A DNA stretch of 64,000 nt, from positions 55,956-119,955 of IMG/VR virus record IMGVR_UViG_3300021387_000025, one strand, 5' to 3'. Positions 41,161 to 53,493 of this stretch are shown in pieces (positions within the stretch are counted from its first letter, which is position 1; every line of letters begins with the position of its first letter). Both the position numbers and the translations under genes were made by a program. The notes beneath the pieces are model-generated. The model was not told the DNA's origin and did no database searches. It saw only the letters and a program-made list of their open reading frames with translations. This stretch comes from a virus (Duplodnaviria > Caudoviricetes).

Positions 41161-42033
41161 TCATTTTACAAGCGTCGCGCGTGTTAAGACGGTCTGCTTA
41201 ATATTTTTATACTCCGCATGGTCTTTTACAGTCGCGCGAAAATGACATTCATCACCTTCCTGATAATAACACGAAGTAGACCATTTGTAAATATTCCCAG
41301 CCTCATCATGCATCAAATACATATACGTCGTCTTTGAACCCCAGGGGCCACCACTAAAACTGTAAGAACCTTCAAATGCACGATCAATTTTCACACGGAT
41401 CTCAATACGATCGCCAACATTCCCAACCCACTGACTCGGAGAGCCTTCTGCCGCACGCTGACGCTCAATCCAAAGAGGTTCAACTTCGTCTTTATCTTTC
41501 CACTCAATAAAGACGTTCTCTTTTAAAACATCTTTTTCGGTCAGACGCTGACACTCATAGGCATCGAGGGCGGCCGGCGCGTACCAACCTACCTGCGGCT
41601 TGAACTTGCAGCCAAGAGCTTTGAGTTCATCCTTAATCTCAAAAGTGTTGCCAACAACACGGTAGATAACCCATGTTACAACGCCATCAATTTCTTCCTG
41701 ACCGAAGCCGGCTTTACGAAGATTTTCTCCTCGATTTGCGATCGCTTTAGCTACACGTTCTGCTTCAGCTTTCTTAGCGCGAGCCTCACGCTGCGCTTCC
41801 AGCTTCGCAGCATATTCGGGAGTATAAACTTTTACGACCGTTCCTTTGTCATCAATGCCGCTGCCGCCGCAATCATAGCACGTAAATCCAGGCCAGCCTT
41901 CCCAGCCACCACGACCGCCGCATCTGTCACAACGCCAATCTCTGAAATAACGAGTTCCATTTCGATCAGTTTTTTCGTATTTCCAACGAGGTTCCATTTT
42001 AAGGATAGCTTCTGTAGATTCCGTACTAATCAT
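41161..42033 (-). CDS. Zn-finger plus C-terminal OB-fold-like protein
   Basis: CDRCGG..CYDCGGSG; WVGNVGDR..ATVKDH.EY..KQTVLTR. Confidence 0.7.
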   Translation of the reverse strand: MISTESTEAILKMEPRWKYEKTDRNGTRYFRDWRCDRCGGRGGWEGWPGFTCYDCGGSGIDDKGTVVKVYTPEYAAKLEAQREARAKKAEAERVAKAIANRGENLRKAGFGQEEIDGVVTWVIYRVVGNTFEIKDELKALGCKFKPQVGWYAPAALDAYECQRLTEKDVLKENVFIEWKDKDEVEPLWIERQRAAEGSPSQWVGNVGDRIEIRVKIDRAFEGSYSFSGGPWGSKTTYMYLMHDEAGNIYKWSTSCYYQEGDECHFRATVKDHAEYKNIKQTVLTRATLVK

Positions 42034-42098
42034 TTTGGGTTAATTCCTTTCTCATTTTCTATATACATATTATATAATATTTTTTATAAAAAATCAAA

Positions 42099-43724
42099 TT
42101 AAAATAAAGCAAAATTTTCTATATCCTTGAAAAGATTAAATTTAGTTCGAATTGAAATTCGTTTCGAAATCAAATCATTATAAATCTGTTTATTGCGTGC
42201 AGTCGGCATCCATTCATAAGATTTCCCATAAGGGTGAACCCAATATCTTACATATAATGGAGATCTTTTTCCATAACGATTTTTTAAAATTGGAAGTTCA
42301 TAAGCTATATCATTTAATCCTCGGTAACTTGAAGTAATTTCAATACTATTACTTAATTTTAATTCTTCTGCCGCTTCTAAAATTTTAGAAGCTGGAACTA
42401 AATATTTGCCGCTGATTAAATAAAAACAAACAGTATCCACTACTTGTCCCATTGTGAAATTCATTAGTTCGCCAAGATACCCATTAAGAACATGAATTAA
42501 ATTATTGTATGTCGTCTAAGTCTCATTAGCAAAAGTAGTGTTAAAATAATAATTGGCAATAAAGTCTAAAAACTATTCTGAGTTATCCATATATTCAGAT
42601 AATTTATCTGGGTGAATATTAGTTTCTAAATCTCTAATAAGCTAAGTCTATTCAAATTCATTTTTAAAGGTATTTATATTTTTAACCTAAAGTCCTAAAT
42701 TTTTAATGATCATTACATCTGTTTTTGCTTGTTCACCACGTTTATACATATCTCCTAAAATTTTCGCAAACCAAGATCTATGACCTATCTGTTGATCTAA
42801 AAAAGTAAAAATTACAGCAGCCTAAAATTCACCTAATGCGCCTTGTACCGCGCTAATAAAATTACTACCACGTGTACCTTGGAAAAATAATTCTGGCTAA
42901 CGTTCCTATGCAACAAAATTTTTTTGCCAAGTCCAAAGAACTGCAGTTTTTAATTCTGGAGTTGCCTCCTTGCATAACTCATTACAAATAAAATCTTTTA
43001 TATATTTAGCTGCTTTTTCAAATTCTTTCAATATAGTTTCATTTTTATTTTTCTTAGCGTCTTCATATTGTGATAAAGTACATCCCCAAGGAAAATTGGG
43101 GATAGATGGTGGTTCCCAGCTTACATCAAAATTTTTTGTTTCTTTATTCTACAAAGTAATCTATAAGCCACGATTATTTCCTTTGTCGTCAGTCGAAATT
43201 AAATCAGAAATTCTTTGTTCTGCTGCATCCATAACTAAACTACTTGTTAAAAAATGTCTATCTTTATAAATTTTGTTTAAAATTGCTTTTACATTGGCTG
43301 CATTATAAACTAAATTTAAAGTAACCATATTATCAGAATTTGAAACAATATTTATATTTTTTATGTTTTTAAAAGATACATTATCTCTAAGTTTTACAGA
43401 AGCCTCTCTCATACGATTAAAATCAAAAGTAAACTAAACTTCTTCATTATAAAGAGTCCCTCGTTCAGACGCAAAGCGCGCCAATTCCTCATTAAGTTTT
43501 GCTGGTTCAAAATTTTTTAAAACTTTAATATTTTCTTCTTTTAACAGCATACGAAATTTAGAAATAAAATCTTCATAATTATCGGTTCCAACAGTCTAAT
43601 ATAACTTTTGCTCTTCAGCTTCTAAATGACGTTTTGCGCTTTCGATTTGATTTTCTTCTCGATATTGAAAATCTAAATCTATTTTTTCTATTGCATAGAA
43701 AGAACTAGTATGTAACTATCCCAT
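42099..43724 (-). CDS. Large hypothetical protein, heavily TAG-recoded
   Basis: ATG GGA TAG.. after AGGAGG; joins 43161-43412 and 42099-42464 in frame (541 aa). Confidence 0.7.
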
Positions 43725-43775
43725 TCTTCCTCCTAAAAAGTCTGGCACCAAAGGCGCCAGACCTTAAACTTTTTA

Positions 43776-44741
43776 TTAACTCAAATCTGATAATGATACA
43801 GCCGCCCACGCGCCATCAACTACAGCTAACACCTTTCCATTATCTGTCGCAGTTACTGCTGGTAATGGATTTGTGACACTAATTGTTAATGCACTATTTG
43901 CATATGAAGATGATAGCCCAGTACTAGCATTTATTTTGGTATAAGATTCTCGAACAGTAACACTCCAACCATTATTCTTATTAAATTTATAGACATACAC
44001 CTAATCGCCTTGCTGAGATATTGTATGTGAACTTACAGACCTATAATATTGAAATTCAACTTCAGTTGGGTTGTCTGCATTATTAACATAAGCCATGAAT
44101 GCCATACGAGTTTGCGAGCCAGTAGCTGGATTAGAGTTCGAAGAAGCTCGACAATAAACAATAGTATGGGTATTGTACGCCTCAATAAATTCTGCCCAAG
44201 TAGAATGTCCATAAGATAAAATTGCCATACCCATCTAACACGTCCAAAGACCATTTGAAACTCTCATAATCTTTCCATCGTCGGCAGATGTAACAGCTGG
44301 CAGCGCATTTGCAGTCCAAATAAATTTTTCACCCGTCGTAACAAGCGATAAATCAGTTCCACCATTAACTGGTTCTTTACTATCAGGGATAACTCCTTCC
44401 GCAATATCAGTTGATGGAATACCAGTAGCAGGTAACTAATAAGCACTATCTGCTAAATCTAACGAGGATTGTACTGAAGCCGCCAAATATGCTAAATCAA
44501 TTCCTGTGGCTGGCACTATATCTTCAAAAGAACCCCAACCGACGTCATAATCAGTATTTGATTCTTTAATTAAAACTTCACTAGCTGCGCCGCCAGATGG
44601 TATTCCTGTTGCAGTACCAGTAATAGCGTTACCATTGGCTCCATAAAACTTTTTTCCTGTAAAAACATCTGAGGCCGTAGCCGTAGTATCAGTAATATCA
44701 ATAAGTGTATTGCCACCATACACTACTTTATTTACAGCCAT
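43776..44741 (-). CDS. Putative tail fibre/virion protein, TAG-recoded
   Basis: Joins three track ORFs (321 aa); MAVNKVVYGG.TLID N-terminus; two LPAVT..D.GK repeats. Confidence 0.7.
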
Positions 44742-44764
44742 TTACTCCTTTAACTCCTCTTATA

Positions 44765-45349
44765 TTATGCGATTGTTACAGTCACTCCACCTTGAACATT
44801 ATCTGTTTCTACATAGGGAATTGCTTCAACTGTAACTTGGGTTAAATAGTTATATCCTGTCTCAGGAGTCACAACAAATTGAGCCACTGAAGGCGTAGCT
44901 GTGCGCGCCTGCGCATGAACGTTTTCGGATCCACTCATTGTACCAACGACACCAAGAATTGTAACACCTTGACGAATATTTTGACCAATAATTTTAATTT
45001 GTTCAGTTGGATCAATACTAACTTTACCAGATCCATCATGATATCCAAGCGGAACTGTATATTCATCACTAACAGTCGCAATACTTCCACTAACTGCACC
45101 ACGATTAGGCATAGAACCAGTTATCTTTGAAGCAGCAACATATGCAGTTTTATTAATTAAAATTTCACTTGCAAGAGCATCTGCATCAGAAGTATTAGCA
45201 TCAAACGTATTAGTACCAGTAATTATGGCACCAGATCTATCATGCGCCGTAACACCAGACTATAAGGCGGCCGCGGTAACTGTATCAGATGTTAAATCAA
45301 TTAATGTAGTGCCGCCATATACGACTTTATTTATATATTGATTAGCCAT
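44765..45349 (-). CDS. Putative tail fibre/virion protein, TAG-recoded
   Basis: ATG at 45349, NKVVYGGTTLIDLT; extends 44765-45112 (GYHDGSGKV, NIRQGVTILGV.G). Confidence 0.7.
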
Positions 45350-45686
45350 TTGCATCTCCTATTGTTACGGTAAAGCCACCACTCTCATTAGTGACTTGAG
45401 AATATAAAATTTTTTGTACCGTAATATTATCTAACACTTTCTTATATTGAGTTTCTAACAAAATATCATTTCGAGTAGACGGAATAATATTTGTTATACC
45501 TGTATAAATTTCAATTTGCTCAGATTCTGGCATTATAATTTCGCCAGTTATTGAAATATCTGTGTTAATGTAACCTGTTACAGATATTCCCGCATATGAA
45601 ATTTCACCTGTAATGGAAGGCCACTCATCAATACCGATTTCTGAAGTGGCACCATTACGATTTTGAATTCCAGAAATCATAGGCAT
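45342..45686 (-). CDS. Putative virion protein
   Basis: Track ORF; C-terminal N.SGG.TVTI similar to its neighbour. Confidence 0.65.
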   Translation of the reverse strand: MPMISGIQNRNGATSEIGIDEWPSITGEISYAGISVTGYINTDISITGEIIMPESEQIEIYTGITNIIPSTRNDILLETQYKKVLDNITVQKILYSQVTNESGGFTVTIGDANG

Positions 45687-45688
45687 TG

Positions 45689-46042
45689 TTACACCTCGGG
45701 CGCAATATTAAATATTGCATTATTAATAAAAGTATAAACACGACCATTAACTCCAAATGTTATCTCTAAATCATATACATATTCACCAAATGCCAGATTT
45801 TTTGTATCATTTGGAATTAGTTCTAAAATCATAGTAGCAATCGGAACCTGTTTACAAATAATAGGCTTATCATCCAGATATTTGCTATGCTTTGAATCCA
45901 TCAAATTACGTTTTAATTTAAATTTTACTACATCCCCTTGAATTGGAGTATATGTTTCACCATTAACTTTTATATTAATCTGTAATGGAAATGAATCTCC
46001 GCGTGTGAGGGTAATTGTAGTACCTTCAATTTTCCAAGCCAT
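45689..46042 (-). CDS. BppU-like baseplate/virion Ig-like protein
   Basis: ITLTRGDS..DTKNLAFGEYVYDLEI pattern. Confidence 0.65.
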   Translation of the reverse strand: MAWKIEGTTITLTRGDSFPLQINIKVNGETYTPIQGDVVKFKLKRNLMDSKHSKYLDDKPIICKQVPIATMILELIPNDTKNLAFGEYVYDLEITFGVNGRVYTFINNAIFNIAPEV

Positions 46043-46052
46043 TCACCCTCCT

Positions 46053-46874
46053 TTAGTCTAATAAATCAGCCAGCTGTGCAATTTCCGAACGCTCTGATTT
46101 AATCAAATGTACATAACCAAAAAGCTTGTTTCCAGCTAATTTTTCTACCATTGTTTCTAATCCTTTTGATTTTTCAAAAGAACTTTTATCTCTCTATTTT
46201 ATATCACCATCCATCCAAAGCTCTGAGCCTTCATCAACACGTCCCATAATAAGCTAAATGTGTTCTTTCAATAAGTTTTCAGATTCCATTGAATAGATAA
46301 TTGAATTTTTTATACTGCGGCCGCGCAGAAAAGCAAGAGGAATTACTTCCAACTTTCCTTGGTCAATTAAAATCTATAAGCCTTCAACGCCCCCACAATG
46401 ATCCCCGAATGGAAGTAAATAGGGCAATAACTTTTGATGTTCATCTCCTGGAAGTGCGCCAAGTTGATCAGTATCTTTAACTTGAACATTATTTCTAACA
46501 AATATAATCTTGTCAAAAATTCCTTTCTCAACGAACTCCAATGCTGCAATTACACAGGCCATTGTTTTTCCACTACCAAAATTTCCAGTTATCAGTTTCA
46601 AAGGTATGTTACGATTTTGAAGCAAATCCATAGCACAATATTGCTGTGGATTGCGCGGCTTCATAATTCCAGTGAAATCAGTCCCAAGTTTTGGATAAGG
46701 AACTTGAATAATTTTGTTTTTTACTTGCTATCCATAGTCAATTGGTTTATTATCTTTATCGGTTATAATTAAATATTCGTTTTGTCTTAAAAACGGAATT
46801 TGAAGGGTTCCTTGATAGAACTTAGAAAGTTCTAAATCGTCTAACTATTTAATTTTATAACCAGTATAATTCAT
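46053..46874 (-). CDS. phoH: PhoH-like ATPase, TAG-recoded
   Basis: GNFGSGKT, LGALPG, FLRGRSI, MGRVDEGS..DGDIKQ; 273 aa after read-through. Confidence 0.85.
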
Positions 46875-47497
46875 CATAATAAAATGTCAATATTCTCAAC
46901 AAGATCAGTAACAATATTATAAGTCATAGCTTCTTCGCAATGAATGTACCAATCAGTTTGAATCTTTGACTTTATAACCTCCTCTGGATATGTCGTATTT
47001 TCAATATAAAATTTTTCCATTCGAGCAATTTGAAGACGATAGTCTTCCATGGCTGCTTGAATTTCGTTGTAATTGCCCCCAATACCCTCACACGATCCTC
47101 TATGAAGTATAAAATACGCATTTGGTAGAGCATAACGCCGATGGCATCCAAGATAAACGATGCTGGCGGCCGAAGCAACCATTCCTAGTGCAATACCATA
47201 AATTGGAGTACGAGATAATTTAATAATACTTGTTAAAATTTCTCCGACGTCCAAACTGCCGCCAGGCGAATGGAAAAATATCTTTATTGGCTTACGTTCT
47301 TCAATAGGAATATTTACGTCATCTTGATTCCAACGTATAATAGCCTAAACTAAATCAAAATTACTCTCATCAATTTCACAGTCTAACCATAAACAACGAT
47401 TATTGAAATCGTGATAATAATTAACAAGAGCTGGAGATGCCAACTGTAAATTAGCATCGTCACTATCTAATAATAATTTTAATATATCTTCAGCCAT
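46874..47497 (-). CDS. clpP: ClpP-like protease, TAG-recoded
   Basis: FHSPGGS, VASAAS (catalytic Ser), FILH; ATG at 47497 with AAGGAG. Confidence 0.8.
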
Positions 47498-47602
47498 TAT
47501 AATCTCCTTGATAAATTATCCTAAATATAAGTAAAAAGCTAAGCTTATTTCTCCATAAAAAAGTGGCGCGGATATTGTCCGCGCCATGTCAAAAAATTGA
47601 AA

Positions 47603-47905
47603 TCAGAAGATTTTAAACCATTCATCAAAAATTGATGTCCAGTCATCATCTTTAGAAGTGTAGGTCATATGATAAGATCCAAAATCACGGACGAACTGGG
47701 TTCTGAGTTCTGCATAATGTTTCTGCGCTTCCTGCATTGCTTTGTATGCTTCCTCAACTTCCTTCGCGCGCTCTTTGCGCTTTTCGTTAAGTTCTTTCTT
47801 CTGCTTTTCTTCGGCTTCAACTTTTGCATTGTAAGCTTTTTCAGCTTCAAGACAAGCCTTTTCACTATCATACGCCTTTTTTAAGATTTCACTGTAGTAT
47901 TTCAT
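47603..47905 (-). CDS. Coiled-coil hypothetical protein
   Basis: Track ORF with GGAGG RBS and terminator. Confidence 0.75.
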   Translation of the reverse strand: MKYYSEILKKAYDSEKACLEAEKAYNAKVEAEEKQKKELNEKRKERAKEVEEAYKAMQEAQKHYAELRTQFVRDFGSYHMTYTSKDDDWTSIFDEWFKIF

Positions 47906-47949
47906 CCATTCCTCCCTGGATTTTTTTTAGGGTTCCTTTCCCCTATTTT

Positions 47950-48455
47950 TTAGGTAGCTTTCTTTCATCCTTACGGACTACGGCGACCCCTGGTTCGCTA
48001 CTGACCTATTCAGGCCCTCCACATTCAGCGATGTCGCCCCGCATCCTGCTTCAACGAGCAAATTTACATCCGTTTTACGTGTAGAGTGTTCCACAAATTT
48101 GAGCCACTATAAATCAGTGGCTCAAACATTTACGACTTCCCTTCGCCTTCTTATTTGTTATAGAAGCGTTTGCCGCTAGCCATTAAATGGTAGTTCAAGT
48201 CGCCAACCTCGTGTTAACGCTCCTTTGTGATTAGCCCTTTGGACTTTCACCTCCAGTAGCAGACTCAAACACAATTTTCATTGGCCTTACCTCCTACGAG
48301 AGAATATATAGTCGAACTTTTCCGCGGCTTTTCGTTCGATAAAACCGGCATATAGAAGAGCCTTTGCGCTACACCGAGTTGGCAGTACTCCGCGCGAGCC
48401 GGTAGTCTTTAGGTTGACTAGCCACACATCCGTTTATGCACTTATTTGTTATCGT
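47950..48455 (-). ncRNA. Putative structured non-coding RNA(s)
   Basis: About 500 nt, GC-richer, no credible ORF, hairpins (e.g. TTTGAGCCACT/AGTGGCTCAAA), directly downstream of tRNA-Met. Confidence 0.4.
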
Positions 48456-48460
48456 GCGAT

Positions 48461-48533
48461 TTGCGGAGACAGGACTTGAACCTGCAACCTCCAGGTAATG
48501 GGCCTGGCAAGCTTCCAATTGCTCCACTCCGCG
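48461..48533 (-). tRNA. tRNA-Met(CAT), initiator-like
   Basis: Cloverleaf, C1:A72 mismatch, CCAGG-CCCATTA-CCTGG. Confidence 0.85.
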
Positions 48534-48625
48534 ATAATATGCCGCAGCCCCGTGTTTAACGACCTTTCTGGAACGCGGCTCTCGCCAGGTCGATCAAAAG
48601 AAAAGATATAACAAAGGCTTCAAAC

Positions 48626-49241
48626 GAATGCACTCTCAAAAATATATAATTAGTGTACGTCTTCACGTTGCTAAAATTAAACGTCAATATATTCAGTCAT
48701 ATGGGAGATAAGTCTGAGCCAAGAACCCGTCGATTCAAAACTTCTTACCCCGACCGTTTTCCACGGTCACAGGTTCTGCACCTTTATTCCATAAGAGGAT
48801 TGATTACCTCTACCGTTCACGGGACATTCAGAATAAAATTAAAGATTTCCACTAATCTTGATTCGCCGCAGATTTCCGCTACTTGGAGTGGATTACGAAT
48901 GATTATTTCAACTGCGCAACGGCTTGTTGGTGAGTTTCCAAGGTTTACCTTCAGCACCACCTGTCCAGATCTAACTTGGATTCGGCAAGTCTATTAAACC
49001 TGCTGTCTATTACGCCGCCCATTCGCTTCCTACTTTTATTGGCATTTAACTTCAGTACTAAAGCATGTGACGAGTGGGAGTTCACTCCTCTTGGTTAGAC
49101 AGCTCGCACTGTCTAAACCCGAAGTATCCATAAGTATCCTTATTTCGTATCCTCGGCCGCCTTGAACGCTTTATCTCAGCCCAGAAGTCGTTTCTGGTCT
49201 GCACTGAGTTACAATAATTATATATTTTTCAAAGTGCATTC
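48626..49241 (-). ncRNA. Large structured RNA, ROOL-like
   Basis: 616 nt closed by a long terminal helix (GAATGCACT..AAAAATATATAATTA), own TTGACT-17-TATACT promoter, next to a tRNA. Size and context fit ROOL; family call is from recollection. Confidence 0.65.
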
Positions 49242-49439
49242 TTTATTTTCTATACATATAGTATATCAGAAATTTAAGAAAAAGTCAAATTTTATTCCCT
49301 AACTTCTATAACAATTTTACATTCTTCATCAATAGACATACGAAAAACATTAAAATTTTCACAGTCTAATCCAGAAGTTAATACATAAACATTTGTATCT
49401 AAATCAGGACTTATTGTAGTTAATAGCTTAATTAAATCC

Positions 49440-49625
49440 CTAACGGTCATTTACCGAAGCCTCCACATCATTCTGCTTTAACATTTTTGAAACTAATTTA
49501 ATCATTTCAGATTCATTAATATAATCAGGACAATCTTTTGGGCATAAACAATTTCCAAACCCTTGTAATGAACAGGTATTAATACTGCCATCGCGTTTAT
49601 AATTAACACAACTTGTTTGGATCAT
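49440..49625 (-). CDS. Small Cys-rich protein
   Basis: Track ORF downstream of a promoter. Confidence 0.5.
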   Translation of the reverse strand: MIQTSCVNYKRDGSINTCSLQGFGNCLCPKDCPDYINESEMIKLVSKMLKQNDVEASVNDR

Positions 49626-49752
49626 TTCACGCCTACTTTCTTTTTCTCTTTCATTTTACATATATAATTATATTATAATTTTAAAAATTTTTCAAACTTT
49701 CAGAGAAAGAAAATTGTGGGAGTAGGAATTAATCCTACTCCCATTTCTGTGT

Positions 49753-49965
49753 TTACGGCGCCAGAAGTTCCTATTGGTCATTGTACTTTTTGCGACTTAC
49801 ACCAACAATAGCACCAATAAAAGTGGTAACAACCGCAATTGTACCAACAATTTCCTGCCCAAAAGGAAATCCCCAAATCTTGGCAATACCAAAATATAAG
49901 GCGCCGAGTGCTGGGAGAACAATTTCTCCGATGAATCTAATAATGTTAAAAACTTTATCGTTCAT
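49753..49965 (-). CDS. Holin (Dp-1-like)
   Basis: VLPALGALYFGIAKIWG..IVGTIA..TFIGA; a TAG at 49771 reads through to TAA at 49753. Confidence 0.8.
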
Positions 49966-49967
49966 TC

Positions 49968-50447
49968 TCACTCCTTCCATTGTTCAAGAAGCTGCTGAAT
50001 AGCCATACGCTCCTTTTCTGTTTTTGCACTGTTCATCATCTCACGAAGATCCATTTTAAGGTCTTCTTTATTGTTGTGACCAGAATAACCATATCCATAA
50101 GATCTATTATCATAGGAGTATGGAGGCATCTCTCGACTTACGTAGCGGCCGCCCATTGAGCCTCTACCATCCCGATAACTAGATTCACGGCTCCACATAT
50201 CCTGCTCGCGCGGAGGCATCATGTCATAGGACATATAACGTGGATAATAACGCTCAGAATAGCCCTGCATTGGCTCTTCTTTTTCTTGATAGCCATATTC
50301 TTTCATGGCGCAAATAGTTTCGATATCTTTGATGATATCTACGGCTTTATCTAAGCGTTCTAGCTCAGTAGGGGAGATGTCATTTTTCTTAGAAATTTCA
50401 TCAATTTCTTTTTCAAGAACTTTTTTAAGATTTTTTAAAGATTCCAT
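49968..50447 (-). CDS. Hypothetical protein, Tyr/Ser/Arg-rich
   Basis: Track ORF with GAGGAGG RBS. Confidence 0.75.
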   Translation of the reverse strand: MESLKNLKKVLEKEIDEISKKNDISPTELERLDKAVDIIKDIETICAMKEYGYQEKEEPMQGYSERYYPRYMSYDMMPPREQDMWSRESSYRDGRGSMGGRYVSREMPPYSYDNRSYGYGYSGHNNKEDLKMDLREMMNSAKTEKERMAIQQLLEQWKE

Positions 50448-50457
50448 TTTGCCCTCC

Positions 50458-50913
50458 TCACGCTGTTCTAGTTACGCTAAGAGTAGCGTTCTGAACGTCA
50501 ATTGGTTGAATTTCATAGCCCGCTTCTGTTGAAGCAGCGACATTTTCTACAGAGATTGAATTGCAGCATCCTTTTGGAACATCGACTGTTAAAACACAAG
50601 TTACATTAAAGTAATTGCCAACTGCTGCTGGAGTTACAATTGCACGGCTCACTTGAAATTCCTCTCCATCAATAGCGATTGCTACTGCAATAGGAACGAC
50701 TGTTGCGCCTTCAGCAAGGGCAATGTTGCCGTTGAATTCAATTTTGTAGCGCGCAAAGCAACAATATGGATTGTTGACGATACCTCTGAGAGTAACAATT
50801 CCACTTTCGTTTCTATGAAGAACATAGCCACGGTTACAGGGAATAGCATTGTTCAGTAAAACGTTGCCGTTTGGAGCAACTGTTTGTACTGGATTGTAAG
50901 TATACTCTGCCAT
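50458..50913 (-). CDS. BclA C-terminal-like beta-sandwich protein
   Basis: Cys-containing HRNESGIVTLRG..FNGNI..NATLSVTR. Fold inferred. Confidence 0.6.
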   Translation of the reverse strand: MAEYTYNPVQTVAPNGNVLLNNAIPCNRGYVLHRNESGIVTLRGIVNNPYCCFARYKIEFNGNIALAEGATVVPIAVAIAIDGEEFQVSRAIVTPAAVGNYFNVTCVLTVDVPKGCCNSISVENVAASTEAGYEIQPIDVQNATLSVTRTA

Positions 50914-51078
50914 TTTTAAAGGCCTCCTTTGGGGAATTTTTTATCGCTGATGAGCGATATTAAAGTTATATTTTATTTAATTACATTATTCTGAAAGCAT
51001 AAATATAAATATTACTATTCAATGCTTCGATCTATCACTTTCAATCAATCGCGTTTTGCTATGTAAGACTCCTTTCTG

Positions 51079-52506
51079 TTAAAAACCAGTCGCTAAAATA
51101 TCAACATTTATCACTGTTCCGTCCGCAGGAATAGATCCATCTGCCCCTCTTACATAAATAATAAAGTTGCCACCGGAAAATTGTACGGAAAACGAGTACC
51201 CAGCACTTGAGCCGGATGTATATCTGTGGGTTACCTGCACATTCCACGAAGATGATATACCGTAGTCGGAGGCAGGTAGTACAACCGCGCCAGAAGTGGG
51301 TGTTATGTTTACGTTAAAACGTTTAATTTTTCTTATAAACGATGTCAACTCCACATTGGTTTTACTGCCCGGCACATATTCCGCGTCCTCGATGCTTGCA
51401 GGACGGATCATCGGGCGGAAGATAAGATTGCTGACGGTTTGACCGCTTTTAATAATCAAATCATACACCATTAAATGTGACTGTACGATTTGCACTTGTG
51501 AACCGTTCCCGATATCTCTTTCAGAAGTAGATGAACCATCCCACGCTTTTGCCCTCGCCGATGTTGTTCCATCCCACAAAACAACATAGTATTTGGATTC
51601 TGATCCACCAGAGGGGCATCCTGTCAAATAATAATTTCCGTTCGGAATGGAGTTGTTCAGATTTATGGTTATTTCCGCGTCCCCGCTTGCTGTTCCGTTT
51701 GCCGTTATTGTTCCATCTGAATTCACGGTAAACGTGACCCCATTTTTTGTCTCTGTTGCGTTTATATTCACGAGCAGATTCTTACTCGGCACATCCTGCG
51801 CGTATATCACCCTGTCCGCTTCCAGCGACTTGCCGTTGATCGTGGTGGTCTTATAAGCCATACTATCGTCTAATTGACTAATTAAATTCATTTCCCATTC
51901 TCTATTAAACTCAACTTCATTAGTCAATTTAACATTATTATCCCAGTATGGAACATAAATACTATTTGTATCCGTTCCAACACGAATCATGGGTTTAAAA
52001 ATTACAGGAATTTCAGACGATCCTATAGTGGTCCCATCTTTTACAACTATCTGCCAATACTCTGCCTCTGCGGGACCCATTAAGCTATCGTTTCCAATGT
52101 GTACCTAAGTTCCGTTTCCTATATCTAAATCTGATGGAGTTGTTCCATCCCAAGATGGACTTCTCTCATCTCCATCCATACATCTAACATGAAAGGTGCT
52201 TGCAGATCCGCCAGAAGGGCAACCACTTAAATAGTAATTTCCTTCGGGAAGATAGTTTACATCGGGTAAGTGAGGTATTCCAATTGAATAAATTGCATCT
52301 CCATCTGTTGCGGTGCCATAAGCAGATATAGTTCCGTCTGCCGAATTAGCTTCAAAATAGACACCATTATACATCACACCACGCATACCTTCAATTTTCG
52401 TCTGTAATAAATTTTTACTCCAATTGTTTTGAGCAAAATCTCCAATAGTCTATTTAACACCTTGATGATATCTATTTAACCCATTGGCATCTAAAAATTC
52501 TGCCAT
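51079..52506 (-). CDS. Tail fibre/adhesin-like protein with duplicated domain, TAG-recoded
   Basis: ATG at 52506 joins 52105-52386 and 51079-52080 (475 aa); two KNLL..NGV.F..DGTI.A.GTA..GCPSGGS repeats. Confidence 0.7.
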
Positions 52507-52553
52507 TAATTTTGAAGTGGGGAGGGCTTTTCAGCCCTCCCGCTATTCAATTG

Positions 52554-53252
52554 TTAGGCTACAGAACCGCATCCGCAGCTGCTGTACCAGTTCTGGCCGC
52601 AGCAGTTAGGATTCTGTACCATATATGCAGGGATCGGAACAGGGTTAAGATACTGCTCAAGGGCCTGGGTCTGAGCCGCGTTGTCAGCAAGAATCTTAGC
52701 TGTCTGTGCCGTCTGAGAAGCCTGCATATTTGCAAGGTTGATTTGTGTCTGGAGATTTGCGTTCTGAGTCTTAAGCGCATCAATTTCTTGCTGGCAAAGC
52801 TTATCTAGTACAGTCTGAACGCTAGACTGAATAGCCTAACGTGTCTGCGCACCTTCGTTTGCCATTGTGTACTTAAGATCAGCAGTTGCCGCGCGATTTT
52901 CGCAGCAGCAATTCTGAAGGCTCATAGAAATGCCATTAAGAGCCTGAAGTGTGTTAGCTTGTGCATTGCAACGAGAAACTTCTGCATTTGCAAAACCGTT
53001 AGCAACAGTTGTATTAAGACCAGCAATACCATTGGTCAAAGCCGCCTAATCAAATCCATTCTGAATTGCGAAAGGCATTCCGTATCCACCCTGATAGCCA
53101 CCATTGTTACCCCAACCATTATTCATGAAGAATAAGAAAAGGATAATAAGCCACCAAGCGCCATCGTTGCCAAAACCAAAGCCATTGTTGCCATTGCCCA
53201 TGACAGCAGCCACATCAGCTGCAGAAAGGCCGTTTCCATCTGTTAAAGCCAT
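52554..53252 (-). CDS. Gly/Asn-rich, CCC-containing coiled-coil protein, TAG-recoded
   Basis: Joins 53046-53252 and 52836-53039 and continues to TAA at 52554 (232 aa); ends P.PAY.VQNPNCCG..GCG. Confidence 0.8.
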
Positions 53253-53280
53253 TTGCTTTAACCTCCTTGAAATATTTTTA

Positions 53281-53493
53281 TTAAGAGCCTCTTCTCCCTG
53301 TCAATTGATTTGCCATCTGACTAAATTGATTAAACTGCTCTTGAGTCATTTGGCCATTTTGAAGAAGTTCCTAAACTTTTTTCCGTGGATCTCCGCGAAA
53401 ATTATTCATAAACTGTTGAAATTGTTGAAATATATTTGAATTTTGATTCTGATTCTGATTCTAAGGGAACATATAAGATAAAGGATTAGGCAT
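53281..53493 (-). CDS. Gln/Asn-rich small protein, TAG-recoded
   Basis: 70 aa; GDPRKKVQELLQNGQMTQEQFNQ. Confidence 0.7.
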
